This document shows, in pieces, positions 9,402 to 18,400 of a stretch of 24,000 bases of DNA (position 1 is the first letter of the stretch; each line of letters starts with the position of its first letter). A model generated the notes under the pieces. The model was not told the DNA's origin. It was given only the letters and a program-made list of their open reading frames with translations, and searched no databases. This DNA is from [Ruminococcus] faecis JCM 15917 (GTDB lineage: Bacteria; Bacillota; Clostridia; Lachnospirales; Lachnospiraceae), in the NCBI GenBank assembly GCA_001312505.1, contig BBDW01000008.1, positions 18,173 to 42,172 on the forward strand. The letters are read 5' to 3'. The translations under genes and the position numbers were made by a program.

Positions 9402-10238
9402 ATGTCAAAGAAAAACCCAATCACAGTAAGTTCATGGACACTTGGAGATCAGTGCAAATTTGAAGATCGTGTAATCGCTGCAAAGGAAGCAGGATATGAA
9501 GGAATCGGTCTTCGCGCAGAGACTTATGTTGATGCATTGAATGAAGGACTTCATGATGAAGACATTCTTGCAATTCTTGACAAACATGATATGAAAGTAA
9601 CAGAGGTAGAGTACATTGTTCAGTGGTGTGAGGAACATCGTTCTTATGAGCAGAAATACAAAGAGCAGATGTGTTTCCATATGTGCGAACTCTTTGGAGT
9701 AGGCCACATCAACTGTGGACTGATGGAAAATTATTCTGTTGAGTACACAGCACAGAAATTAAAAGAACTTTGCCAGAGAGCAGGAAAATACATCATTGGT
9801 GTTGAGCCGATGCCATACAGCGGAATTCCGGATCTTAAGAAAGGTTGGGAAGTTGTAAAAGCTTCTGGATGCGACAACGCAATGCTCATTCTTGATACAT
9901 GGCACTGGGTAAGAGCAGATCAGCCATACGATATCCTTACACCGGAGATTGCCAAGAAAGTTATTTCTATCCAGATTAATGATGCTTATAAAAGACCATA
10001 TGCAGCACCTATTTTAAGAGATGAGTCTATGCATGATCGTCTTGCACCGGGAACAGGAGCAAAAGATACAGCAGGATTTGTTAAGATGATTAAAGACGCA
10101 GGAGTTGATCCGAAGGTTGTTGGTGTAGAAGTTATTTCTGATGCAATCCTTGGAAAAGGACTGAAAGAAGCAGCTGCTTATACATATGAAAACACAGAGA
10201 AAGTATTAAAAGAAGTTTGGCCAGAGTTGGTAGACTAA
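9402..10238 (+). CDS. Sugar phosphate isomerase/epimerase family TIM-barrel protein (xylose-isomerase-like fold; dehydratase/isomerase)
   Basis: RBS GGAGGA (9390-9395) lies 6 nt before ATG 9402. The 278-aa protein has features typical of this family: ITVSSWTLG, AGYEGIGLR and ILDTWHW (a His-containing metal-site-like motif). The 9348 TTG start in the track is unlikely. Confidence 0.65.
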   Translation: MSKKNPITVSSWTLGDQCKFEDRVIAAKEAGYEGIGLRAETYVDALNEGLHDEDILAILDKHDMKVTEVEYIVQWCEEHRSYEQKYKEQMCFHMCELFGVGHINCGLMENYSVEYTAQKLKELCQRAGKYIIGVEPMPYSGIPDLKKGWEVVKASGCDNAMLILDTWHWVRADQPYDILTPEIAKKVISIQINDAYKRPYAAPILRDESMHDRLAPGTGAKDTAGFVKMIKDAGVDPKVVGVEVISDAILGKGLKEAAAYTYENTEKVLKEVWPELVD

Positions 10239-10273
10239 TTTGAAAAACAGATGATGCCAAAGAGAGAGGTAAA

Positions 10274-12247
10274 ATGATGAAATTCAAAAATATGTTTTCT
10301 CCGATTCAGATTGGACCTATGACTGTTAAAAATCGTTTTGTGGTTCCACCGATGGGAAATAATTTCGCAAATTCAGACGGAACATGGAGTGACGAATCTG
10401 TGGCTTACTATGGTGAGCGTGCAAAAGGTCAGTTTGGTCTGATCACAATTGAAGCGACTGTAGTACATAAAGGAGCGAAGGGCGGTCCTAAGAAACCATG
10501 TCTTTATGATGACAACAGCATTGAAAGTCTGAAGAAAATCACAGATGCCTGTCATGCAGAAGGTGCAAAGGTATCTATCCAGCTTCAGAATGCAGGACCG
10601 GAAGGAAATGCAAAGAATGCAGGAGCACCGATCCAGGCAGCTACAGCAATCGCATCAGCAGATGGAAGAGACATTCCTGAAGAAGTATCTACAGAAAAAG
10701 TGTATGAGCTTGTAAAAGGATATGGTGAAGCAGCAGAACGTGCAATGAAAGGTGGAGCAGATGCAGTAGAGATCCATATGGCGCACGGCTATCTTGTAAA
10801 TTCATTTATGTCACCAAGAACAAATAAGCGTGTCGATGAGTTTGGCGGAAACTTTGAGAACAGAATGAGATTTTCACGTCTCATCATTGAAGAAGTAAAG
10901 AAGAAAACAGAAGGAAAGATTGCTGTTCTTGCACGTATTAACAGTACAGAAGACATGTTTGGCGGACTTGATAATCACGATATGTGTGCAGTTGCTTCTT
11001 ATTTAGAAGATTGCGGGATTGATGGTCTTCACGTATCCCGTGCAGTACATTTAAAAGATGAGTATATGTGGGCTCCGACAGGAATTCACGGCGGATTCTC
11101 AGCAGAGCTTGTTGCAAATATCAAGAAATGTGTTTCTATTCCGGTTATTACAGTCGGAAGATATACAGAACCACAGTTTGCAGAACAGATCATTAAAATG
11201 GGAAATGCAGATTTAGTAGCATTTGGACGTCAGTCACTTGCAGATCCGCACACACCACAGAAAGCAATGGAAGAAAGACTGGAAGATCTTACACCATGTA
11301 TCGCCTGTCTTCAGGGCTGTGTTGCTAATATGTATGCAGGTAAACCAATCTGTTGTCTTGTAAATCCAGTACTCGGACATGAAAAAGAAGGACTTCCGAA
11401 GGCTGAGAAGGCGAAAAAAGTTTACGTGATCGGTGGTGGTGTGGCAGGTATGTGTGCTGCATTTACAGCGAAGAGACGCGGACATGATGTAACATTATTT
11501 GAAGCTACAGATAAGCTTGGCGGTAATATGAGACTGGCTGCATATCCACCAGGAAAAGGTGATATCACAGGTATGATCAGAAGTTACATTGTAAAATGTG
11601 AAAAAGCCGGAGTTAATATCAAGATGAATACAAAAGTAACTGCACAGATGTTGAAAGAAGATACACCGGATGCAGTGATCCTTGCAACAGGAGCTGAGAC
11701 TTTAGTACTTCCATTTATCAAAGGTATTGAAAATCCGGATATCGTCTATGGTGTTGACTGCCTGGAAGGAACACGCTCGGTAGGACATAAAGTCTTAGTT
11801 GTTGGTGGCGGTATGGTAGGTGCAGAGACAGCAGACTTCTTAGCAGAACAGGGACATGAAGTAGCCATTATCGAAATGAGAGACGCGATCGGACCGGATG
11901 TGATCCATGAGCACAGAATGTTTCTTATGGAAGCATTTGAGAAATATGGCATCAAACAGATTACAAGTGCAGCTGTATCAGAGATCTTCTCAGATGGCGT
12001 AAGTTACAAAAATGCAGCAGATAAATCAGACGAGACGATCTACGAGGCAAGAGGATTCGACACAGTTGTTCTCTCTATGGGATTCAGCTCACGTTATACA
12101 CACCGTGATGGACAGAATGTAGTTTATGACTTTGCAGAAGAATTAAAAGACATCGTACCAGAAGTCCACATGGTAGGTGACGCAGTAAGAGCACGCCGTG
12201 CACTGGATGCCACAAAAGAAGCATATGAGGTTGCATTGAATTTATAA
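10274..12247 (+). CDS. FMN/FAD/[4Fe-4S] NADH:flavin oxidoreductase of the 2-enoate reductase / 2,4-dienoyl-CoA reductase (FadH, BaiH, FldZ-like) family
   Basis: The 657-aa protein has an OYE-type N-terminal barrel (FSPIQIGPMTVKNRFVVPPM; HMAHGYLVNSFMSPRTNKRVDEFGG). It has a Cys cluster, CIACLQGCVANMYAGKPICC. It has two dinucleotide folds, VIGGGVAGMCAA and VVGGGMVGAETA. Confidence 0.85.
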   Translation: MMKFKNMFSPIQIGPMTVKNRFVVPPMGNNFANSDGTWSDESVAYYGERAKGQFGLITIEATVVHKGAKGGPKKPCLYDDNSIESLKKITDACHAEGAKVSIQLQNAGPEGNAKNAGAPIQAATAIASADGRDIPEEVSTEKVYELVKGYGEAAERAMKGGADAVEIHMAHGYLVNSFMSPRTNKRVDEFGGNFENRMRFSRLIIEEVKKKTEGKIAVLARINSTEDMFGGLDNHDMCAVASYLEDCGIDGLHVSRAVHLKDEYMWAPTGIHGGFSAELVANIKKCVSIPVITVGRYTEPQFAEQIIKMGNADLVAFGRQSLADPHTPQKAMEERLEDLTPCIACLQGCVANMYAGKPICCLVNPVLGHEKEGLPKAEKAKKVYVIGGGVAGMCAAFTAKRRGHDVTLFEATDKLGGNMRLAAYPPGKGDITGMIRSYIVKCEKAGVNIKMNTKVTAQMLKEDTPDAVILATGAETLVLPFIKGIENPDIVYGVDCLEGTRSVGHKVLVVGGGMVGAETADFLAEQGHEVAIIEMRDAIGPDVIHEHRMFLMEAFEKYGIKQITSAAVSEIFSDGVSYKNAADKSDETIYEARGFDTVVLSMGFSSRYTHRDGQNVVYDFAEELKDIVPEVHMVGDAVRARRALDATKEAYEVALNL

Positions 12248-12275
12248 ATGAAATTATATCAGGAGGATTAGAATC

Positions 12276-13151
12276 ATGGAAAAAAGAATTTCTGGACACA
12301 CAGGCTTAATGGGATTATTTGGATCACCGGTTGGACATTCAGGATCACCGGCAATGTACAACTTCAGTTTCCAGCATGACGGATTAGATTATGCATATCT
12401 GGCATTTGATGTAACAGAGGAAGAAATGCCAAAAGCATTTGAGGCAATTCGTTTATTCAACATGCGCGCTGGTAACTTTACAATGCCATGTAAAAATATT
12501 GCAGCAAAGTTAGTTGACAAACTTTCTCCGGCAGCAGAGATCATCGGAGCATGTAACGCATTTGTAAATGATAATGGTGTGATCACAGGATACATTACAG
12601 ATGGTGTTGGATTTGTTAAAAATCTCGAGATCAATGGTGTATCTGTAAAAGATAAAAAGATTGTTGTCCTTGGTGCCGGTGGAGCCGCTACAGCTATTCA
12701 GGTTCAGTTAGCATTGGACGGAGCAAAAGAAGTTAACATTTTCAATATAAAAGATAAATTCTACGAAAGAGCAGAAGGAACAAAGGCTAAATTAGCAGAG
12801 AAGTGTCCGGACTGTGTTGTTACTGTAGAGGATCTTGCTGATAAGGCTAAACTGGAAGAAGAAATTAAAACTTGTGATATTCTTATCAATACAACGATTA
12901 TGGGAATGAAACCACACGAGGATGTAACTCTGGTTGACAAATCTTTATTCCGTAAGGATCTTGTTGTTGCAGATACTGTATACAATCCAGAGAAGACAAA
13001 GATGATCCTTGAAGCAGAAGAAGCAGGATGTAAAGCAATCGGTGGCGCAGGAATGCTTCTGCAGCAGGGGGCAGTTAACTACGAACTGTTTGTTGGAAAA
13101 GAGATGCCACTTGCTGAGTATCAGGAATTTCAGAAGGCTCAGGCAAAATAA
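12276..13151 (+). CDS. Shikimate/quinate 5-dehydrogenase family protein (AroE/YdiB-like)
   Basis: The 291-aa protein carries GSPVGHSGSPAMYN, NFTMPCK, GYITDGVGF and LGAGGAATAI, which correspond to the conserved AroE substrate and NAD(P) motifs. RBS AGGAGG lies upstream. Confidence 0.85.
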   Translation: MEKRISGHTGLMGLFGSPVGHSGSPAMYNFSFQHDGLDYAYLAFDVTEEEMPKAFEAIRLFNMRAGNFTMPCKNIAAKLVDKLSPAAEIIGACNAFVNDNGVITGYITDGVGFVKNLEINGVSVKDKKIVVLGAGGAATAIQVQLALDGAKEVNIFNIKDKFYERAEGTKAKLAEKCPDCVVTVEDLADKAKLEEEIKTCDILINTTIMGMKPHEDVTLVDKSLFRKDLVVADTVYNPEKTKMILEAEEAGCKAIGGAGMLLQQGAVNYELFVGKEMPLAEYQEFQKAQAK

Positions 13152-13178
13152 TTACATTCACAAAAGGAGAATGATGGA

Positions 13179-14393
13179 ATGAGAGCAAAGAAATATTTGT
13201 GGTCTATCCTTTGTGTATATTTTTGCTATTTAACACATGGTATCCAGGCTATCATTTTAAGTCAGAACAACGTAAACTTTGCAAAACAGTGGGGGGGATT
13301 CAATATGGCAGACCCACAGTCAGCAGCATATGCAGCAGGTCTTGCAGCGGTAAGTACAGCAGTTGCATGGACAGGCTTTGGTAAATTCGTCAGCGTCTGG
13401 ATTGGTGGAGAGATTTCGGATCATGTAGGACGTAAAAAATTAATGATCGGTGGAGCAGCATTATATATTCTATGCTTCCTTGGATTCTTATTTACAAAAA
13501 GTGCATTAGTTGCTTCTGTATGTGGATTTGTTTCAGGAGTTGCAACATCCGGTTTCTGGGATGCATCAGGATATCCGGCTGTACAGGAAGCTTATCCGGC
13601 AGCACCTGGATCTGCACTGATCGGGATCAAATTTTTTGTTTCTGTTTCCGGTATGATTTATCCATTCATGGTTGTTCATAATGCAAACAGCGGAAACTGG
13701 AAATTAAATGTTATTATCCCGCTTGTAATGTCAGTTGTTTGTCTGGTACTTGCAATTATTGCACCGTTTGCTTATGATGATCAGAAGAAAGCGTCAGAAG
13801 GAAAGAAAGACAAATCCGATAATGCAGTGCAGGCAGCAATGCTTGTAAAGCCAAATAAATTTATCGTATTTCTTGTAATGTTTTATGCGTTCCTTTGCAT
13901 GGCGATCATGTATGGCGCACAGCAGTATACAAAAGCATTTGGACTTTCCGTATGTGGACTTTCCGAGATTCAGGCAGCAGGTATGACTTCTATTTATACA
14001 ATCGGGTCTATCTGTGCAGTACTTTTCTGGGCGTTCATGATGGCAAAATTAAAATGGAACCCGTTAAAGGTTGTCCTTATTGATTCTATCTGTACAGCAG
14101 TGGCACTTGCGGGTGTACTGTTTATCCATCAGGTAGCAATCATTTACATCGCTATCGCAATGTTGGGATTCTTCGCAGCAGGAGGTGCTCTTCAGACAGG
14201 TCTTGCAGTTGTTCAGTTATTTAACCCAGGACCGAAGGGGGGGAGAAATACTGGTATTTATTACACATTTATGGGTGCGGCAAGCTACCTGATCCCAGTA
14301 GTGGCAGCACAGCTTACAAAATCATCTGGTGAGGCAAGTGCAGTATACAGCCTCATGATCATGCTGTTAGTATTTGCAATCTTGCTATTTTAA
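13179..14393 (+). CDS. MFS transporter
   Basis: The 404-aa protein has about 12 hydrophobic segments. The MFS loop 2-3 motif GGEISDHVGRKKLMI is present. RBS AAGGAGA (13164-13170). Confidence 0.85.
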   Translation: MRAKKYLWSILCVYFCYLTHGIQAIILSQNNVNFAKQWGGFNMADPQSAAYAAGLAAVSTAVAWTGFGKFVSVWIGGEISDHVGRKKLMIGGAALYILCFLGFLFTKSALVASVCGFVSGVATSGFWDASGYPAVQEAYPAAPGSALIGIKFFVSVSGMIYPFMVVHNANSGNWKLNVIIPLVMSVVCLVLAIIAPFAYDDQKKASEGKKDKSDNAVQAAMLVKPNKFIVFLVMFYAFLCMAIMYGAQQYTKAFGLSVCGLSEIQAAGMTSIYTIGSICAVLFWAFMMAKLKWNPLKVVLIDSICTAVALAGVLFIHQVAIIYIAIAMLGFFAAGGALQTGLAVVQLFNPGPKGGRNTGIYYTFMGAASYLIPVVAAQLTKSSGEASAVYSLMIMLLVFAILLF

Positions 14394-14601
14394 GTTCTCT
14401 CTACTTAGTAGCACAGCACAAAAAAATCTTCGGAAAAAGTGCATTATAGGAAGTAACATAGTAACAATCTCAATTCATACGAAAAAATGGACTGTTGTTC
14501 CAAAAGATGTTATCATCAAAAAGAATGCAGTCCTTTTTTTGAGATTAAATTGTTAAAAAATAGACACTTGTAAATCGAAAAATGAAGGAGAAGCTTAAAA
14601 G

Positions 14602-15972
14602 ATGAGTCCGAAAAGAACAAGAAAAGCCAACGAACTTCCCTATATTCCACTCGGCCCATTTCAGTGGCGTATTCCGGGAATTCATTATAAATTAGAATAT
14701 GTAGAATTTTTTCAAGGTCTGATCCTTGGCGCTACTGCGTTAAGTTCGATTCCGTATCTGACGGATAATCTTGGACTTCCGTATGAACTTGCATGGAGCT
14801 GCGTCATCATTGAAGTATTTATGTACATGCTTCATGGATGGTTAGGAGATCCGGTTGTCCCGGGATGGATCACACCGACATTACCATTTACACTGGCATA
14901 TTTAAATGGATTCCCAAAAGGACCGGAGCGTATTCAGGCAATGATTGCATTGCAGCTGCTTGTTGCATTTGTATTTATATTTATGGGAATTACCAAGCTT
15001 GCAGATAAATTCGTGAATGGTGTGCCGAATTCAATCAAAGGCGGTATTCTGATTGCAGCACCGATTACAGTATTGCAAGGACAGCTCTCAGATGGAAGCC
15101 AGCTGATGACTGCGCCAATCGCAACACTTTCCGGTACATTGTTACTTGCGTTTTTGAGTTTTTCACCGTTCTGTGAAAAGAACAGAGAAAAATATAAAAT
15201 ATTGGATATCATGGCAAAATATGGAAACTTATTCCCATATCTGATTGCTATGTTAGCAGGAGTATTGCTTGGAGAATTGTCAAAACCGGTTCTCGAACTT
15301 GGAAGACTCATCCGAATTCCTGACTTTAGTAATATTTTCCACACAGTCAGTATTTTTGCAGTCGGATTTCCACCGATTTCAAAATTTATAAGTGCAATTC
15401 CGTTGGCGTTGATCTGTTATGTACTTGCGTTTGGAGATTTTGTTACATCACAGACGTTGGTAGAGGAAGCACAGGACAGTAGAAGTGACGAATATATTGA
15501 CTTTAATTCAAGCAGATCAAACCTGATCAGTGGTCTTAGAAACCTGCTCCTTGCAATTTTTGCACCGTTCCCACCACTGGCAGGTCCGCTTTGGATTGGT
15601 ATGACCGTATCTGTTGCAATGCGTTATAAAGAAGGAAAGAAAGTGATGAAATCGCTGATCGGTGGAATGAGTTCTTTCCGTATGGCAACATTCATCAGTG
15701 TTATTTTAGTGCCGATCGTGTCATTCATGAAACCAATCATGGGCGTGGGTTCTGCGATCACTTTGTTATTCCAGGCATATGTATGTGCAAGAATCGGTAT
15801 GGATTATTGTAAGACGAGTACAGATAAAAGTATTGCCGGAGTAATGGCAGCAGTGCTTGCATTTAAAGGTTCCGGATGGGCTTTGCTTGTAGGTTTTGCA
15901 ATGAACATTTTACTGTCTAATATGGAATTTCAGAAGAGGAAATTAGAGATTTCGGAGACAGAACAAAATTAA
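14602..15972 (+). CDS. Uncharacterised polytopic membrane protein (putative permease)
   Basis: The 456-aa protein has RBS GAAGGAG (14584-14590) and at least 10 hydrophobic segments. I can name no family with confidence. It has its own terminator and a 208-nt upstream gap. Confidence 0.6.
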   Translation: MSPKRTRKANELPYIPLGPFQWRIPGIHYKLEYVEFFQGLILGATALSSIPYLTDNLGLPYELAWSCVIIEVFMYMLHGWLGDPVVPGWITPTLPFTLAYLNGFPKGPERIQAMIALQLLVAFVFIFMGITKLADKFVNGVPNSIKGGILIAAPITVLQGQLSDGSQLMTAPIATLSGTLLLAFLSFSPFCEKNREKYKILDIMAKYGNLFPYLIAMLAGVLLGELSKPVLELGRLIRIPDFSNIFHTVSIFAVGFPPISKFISAIPLALICYVLAFGDFVTSQTLVEEAQDSRSDEYIDFNSSRSNLISGLRNLLLAIFAPFPPLAGPLWIGMTVSVAMRYKEGKKVMKSLIGGMSSFRMATFISVILVPIVSFMKPIMGVGSAITLLFQAYVCARIGMDYCKTSTDKSIAGVMAAVLAFKGSGWALLVGFAMNILLSNMEFQKRKLEISETEQN

Positions 15973-15990
15973 TAAAAGAATTCAACAGGA

Positions 15991-16038
15991 GCAGTTAGTC
16001 TGGAAAATAGATTAGCTGCTTTTTGTGTAAAAAGCAGC
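15991..16038. terminator. Bidirectional intrinsic terminator between convergent genes
   Basis: On the + strand, GCAGTTAGTCT (15991-16001) pairs with AGATTAGCTGC (16009-16019), including two G-U pairs, and is followed by TTTTT. An overlapping hairpin, GCTGCTTTTT (16015-16024) with AAAAAGCAGC (16029-16038), serves the minus-strand gene that ends at 16040. Confidence 0.7.
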
Positions 16039-16039
16039 C

Positions 16040-16739
16040 TTAAACAAACGTAAGCACCGCCTCTTTAATTTTCTGATAATGTGATTCAGAAATCACTATT
16101 TTCCCATGCTCGGTTGCAATCAGTCCCTCCTCGTACAGACAGTCTAAATGTCTGTATAGCGTACGAAGCTGATGTTAAGTAGCTGAGCCAATTCTTCTTT
16201 TGTTGCTTTGACGATGACAGGAAATTTCTGATTTTCACAACATCGAAATAGATGAAGCAATAACCTGTCTTTTGTATTATTTAAAAGTAAATATTCATTT
16301 TCATTCAAAATTCGTTCAACTAATAAGGACAAATGCTTAAGGCTGAGCACTCCGAATTCAGGATCTCTTGAAAGTTGATCCAGATATGTTTGTATAGGAA
16401 TACGAATATAGGAACAATCAGAAGCACAGCGAATCGTTGCTGTGTGTCTGTTTAATGTAGGATGTACAGCTTCAAATAAGCCGTAGATTTCTATAGGTTT
16501 GCAGGCTACGGCAGTCAATAATTTTCCGGAAGGACTGTATTTTTCAGAATAACAGGCGCCTTTTAAAAGTATATAGATATATTTCGAAGGCATATCATTA
16601 TAAATAAGACAATCATTCTTGGAGGCATGCTCAATTTTTAGCCCTGCCTGATCAAGTAAATCTAAAAAAATTTAGATTCTAAACTTTTTTCTAAAAATTC
16701 TTCTGCATATTCAACAATTTTTTTTAGATCTCCGGACAT
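16040..16739 (-). pseudogene. Crp/Fnr-family transcriptional regulator, split by two -1 frameshifts
   Basis: Three frames join to give 233 aa. The N-terminal piece is MSGDLKKIVEYAEEFLEKSLESKFF, and its junction needs A8 rather than A7 at 16664-16670 (it then continues LDLLDQAGLKIEHASKNDCLIYNDM). The middle piece is track ORF 16144..16593, the cNMP-binding-like domain. After a missing base near 16161-16168 comes the C-terminal HTH, TLYRHLDCLYEEGLIATEHGKIVISESHYQKIKEAVLTFV. It is divergent from yjjI. Confidence 0.8.
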
Positions 16740-16760
16740 TTTTTGTTCCTTTCTTCTAGA

Positions 16761-16780
16761 AACATGCCAAATGGCATTTT
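16761..16780. promoter_or_regulatory. Candidate regulator-binding palindrome (5-N4-5) in the Crp/Fnr - yjjI divergent region
   Basis: ATGCC-AAAT-GGCAT (16764-16777) sits inside the imperfect 20-bp dyad AAACATGCCAAATGGCATTT. Its centre is about 31 nt upstream of a TATCAT -10-like hexamer (16801-16806), which gives roughly class-II activator geometry. Confidence 0.3.
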
Positions 16781-16873
16781 TTTAAATTCCATCCTAATGA
16801 TATCATAAAGGCCATAAGAGGACAATAAATTTCAACCGTTGTTTCAGTATTGAATTATTTGGGAGGTATTGCC

Positions 16874-18400
16874 ATGTTAAACATTACTAATTTAAAAGAA
16901 ACTGTGGAATCGATCATAACAAATAGTGCACTTACGCATGAGCAGGCTATGATCGCGTTATCGGATGTGCCATTGTCTTATGTGGAATTTTTCGAAACTA
17001 CAAATGAGTTTAGAGAATTGTGTGAGGCGGGATGTTTGTGCAGAATGGCAGAAGGAAATGTCACATATCAACCGAGATATATTCTTCCGGATTATGAAAA
17101 ATTAATGAGAGAAGGATGCAAATTCTTACGTTTGGATCCACCTAAAAATTTATTCGAAGCGATTCAGACATTGGAAATCTTTTATCGTCATGTCCCATCA
17201 GTTACACATTATCCGGTTTACCTGGGATCTGTAGATAAATTGCTGGAACCATTCATGGATGATGAGAATGCATATAAGCTGATCAAAAGCTTCCTGATCT
17301 TTTTAGACCGCTCAATTCCGGATTCTTATTGCCACATGAACTTAGGACCTGAAGCAACAAGGGCAGGTGAGATGATTGTTGAGATTGAAACAGAATTGAA
17401 AAATGCAATTCCTTCAATCACACTGCTTTATGATCCGGATATAACACCAGATGATTTTGCAGAAAAATGTGTGATCTGTGCATTGAATTGTGCGAAGCCA
17501 AGTTTTGCAAATCACAAAATGTATCGCAAGCTGTATGATGGCGCTTATGGAATTGCAAGTTGCTACAACGCTTTACCGATAGCAGGCGGCTCCTTTACAT
17601 TATCTCGTGTTGTTTTAAGTAGACTGGCAGAACGTGCAAAAGACAGCGAGCATTTCCTGGAAGAGTTATTGCCGCGCGCAGTAAAAGAACTGTGTGGATA
17701 TATTGAAAATAAAATCGAATTTTTGGTAGAAAAGAGTCATTTCTTTAAATCAAATTTCTTAGTACAAGAGGGATTTGTTAAGGTTGAAAATTTCACCGGC
17801 ATGTTTGGTGTTGTCGGTATGAATGAGTGCGTAAACACATTGATGGAAAAAGAGCATAAATCTGACCGTTATGGATATAGCGAAGATGCAGATCAGCTGG
17901 CCATCCGAATCCTGGAAAAACTTCAGGAATGTGTAAACTCTTTTGAGAGTAAATATTGTGATTGCACGGAACATCATTTTCCATTACATGCTCAGGTTGG
18001 AATAGACAGTGACTATGATATCAGTCCGGGAGCACGTATTGCGATTGGATCGGAGCTTCCGCTGCATCAGCATTTACATCACTGTGCAAAAGTACATCAT
18101 TTCTTCCCATCAGGCGTGGGTGATATTTTCCCGTTTGATGAAACCGCAAAAAGAAATCCGGATGCTATTTTAGATTTGATTAAGGGCGGATTTAAGGAAG
18201 GAATGCAGTATTTTTCAACCTATTCGTCTGATTCAGATGTTATTAGAATCACAGGATATCTGGTGAAAAAGTCGGATATTGCTAAATTAGACAATGGTAT
18301 TGCAGTTCCTCAGGCAAATGCAAAATGGGGGGGATATTACGAAGTGAAAAACAGTAAGATCTATGAAAGAAAGGTGCGGAGCTTAAATGGCGATCGTTAA
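16874..18400 (+). CDS. yjjI: YjjI-family glycine radical enzyme (DUF3029/TIGR04040-like), substrate unknown
   Basis: RBS GGGAGG (16861-16866) lies 7 nt before ATG 16874. The 508-aa product is close to E. coli YjjI at about 516 aa. A C-terminal glycyl-radical finger reads SDSDVIRITGYLVKK. The candidate thiyl Cys is in GIASCYNALPIAGG. The next gene is a dedicated activase. Confidence 0.8.
   Translation: MLNITNLKETVESIITNSALTHEQAMIALSDVPLSYVEFFETTNEFRELCEAGCLCRMAEGNVTYQPRYILPDYEKLMREGCKFLRLDPPKNLFEAIQTLEIFYRHVPSVTHYPVYLGSVDKLLEPFMDDENAYKLIKSFLIFLDRSIPDSYCHMNLGPEATRAGEMIVEIETELKNAIPSITLLYDPDITPDDFAEKCVICALNCAKPSFANHKMYRKLYDGAYGIASCYNALPIAGGSFTLSRVVLSRLAERAKDSEHFLEELLPRAVKELCGYIENKIEFLVEKSHFFKSNFLVQEGFVKVENFTGMFGVVGMNECVNTLMEKEHKSDRYGYSEDADQLAIRILEKLQECVNSFESKYCDCTEHHFPLHAQVGIDSDYDISPGARIAIGSELPLHQHLHHCAKVHHFFPSGVGDIFPFDETAKRNPDAILDLIKGGFKEGMQYFSTYSSDSDVIRITGYLVKKSDIAKLDNGIAVPQANAKWGGYYEVKNSKIYERKVRSLNGDR

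Noticed and set aside
14374-14556. A 60-aa ORF in the MFS/membrane-protein intergenic region, and a weak hairpin (GGACTG 14489-14494 with CAGTCC 14528-14533, followed by a T7 run).
   Set aside because: The ORF overlaps the MFS stop, has no RBS and has odd composition. The hairpin has only a 6-bp stem with a 33-nt loop, so I do not call it a terminator, although the T7 tail makes it a weak candidate.
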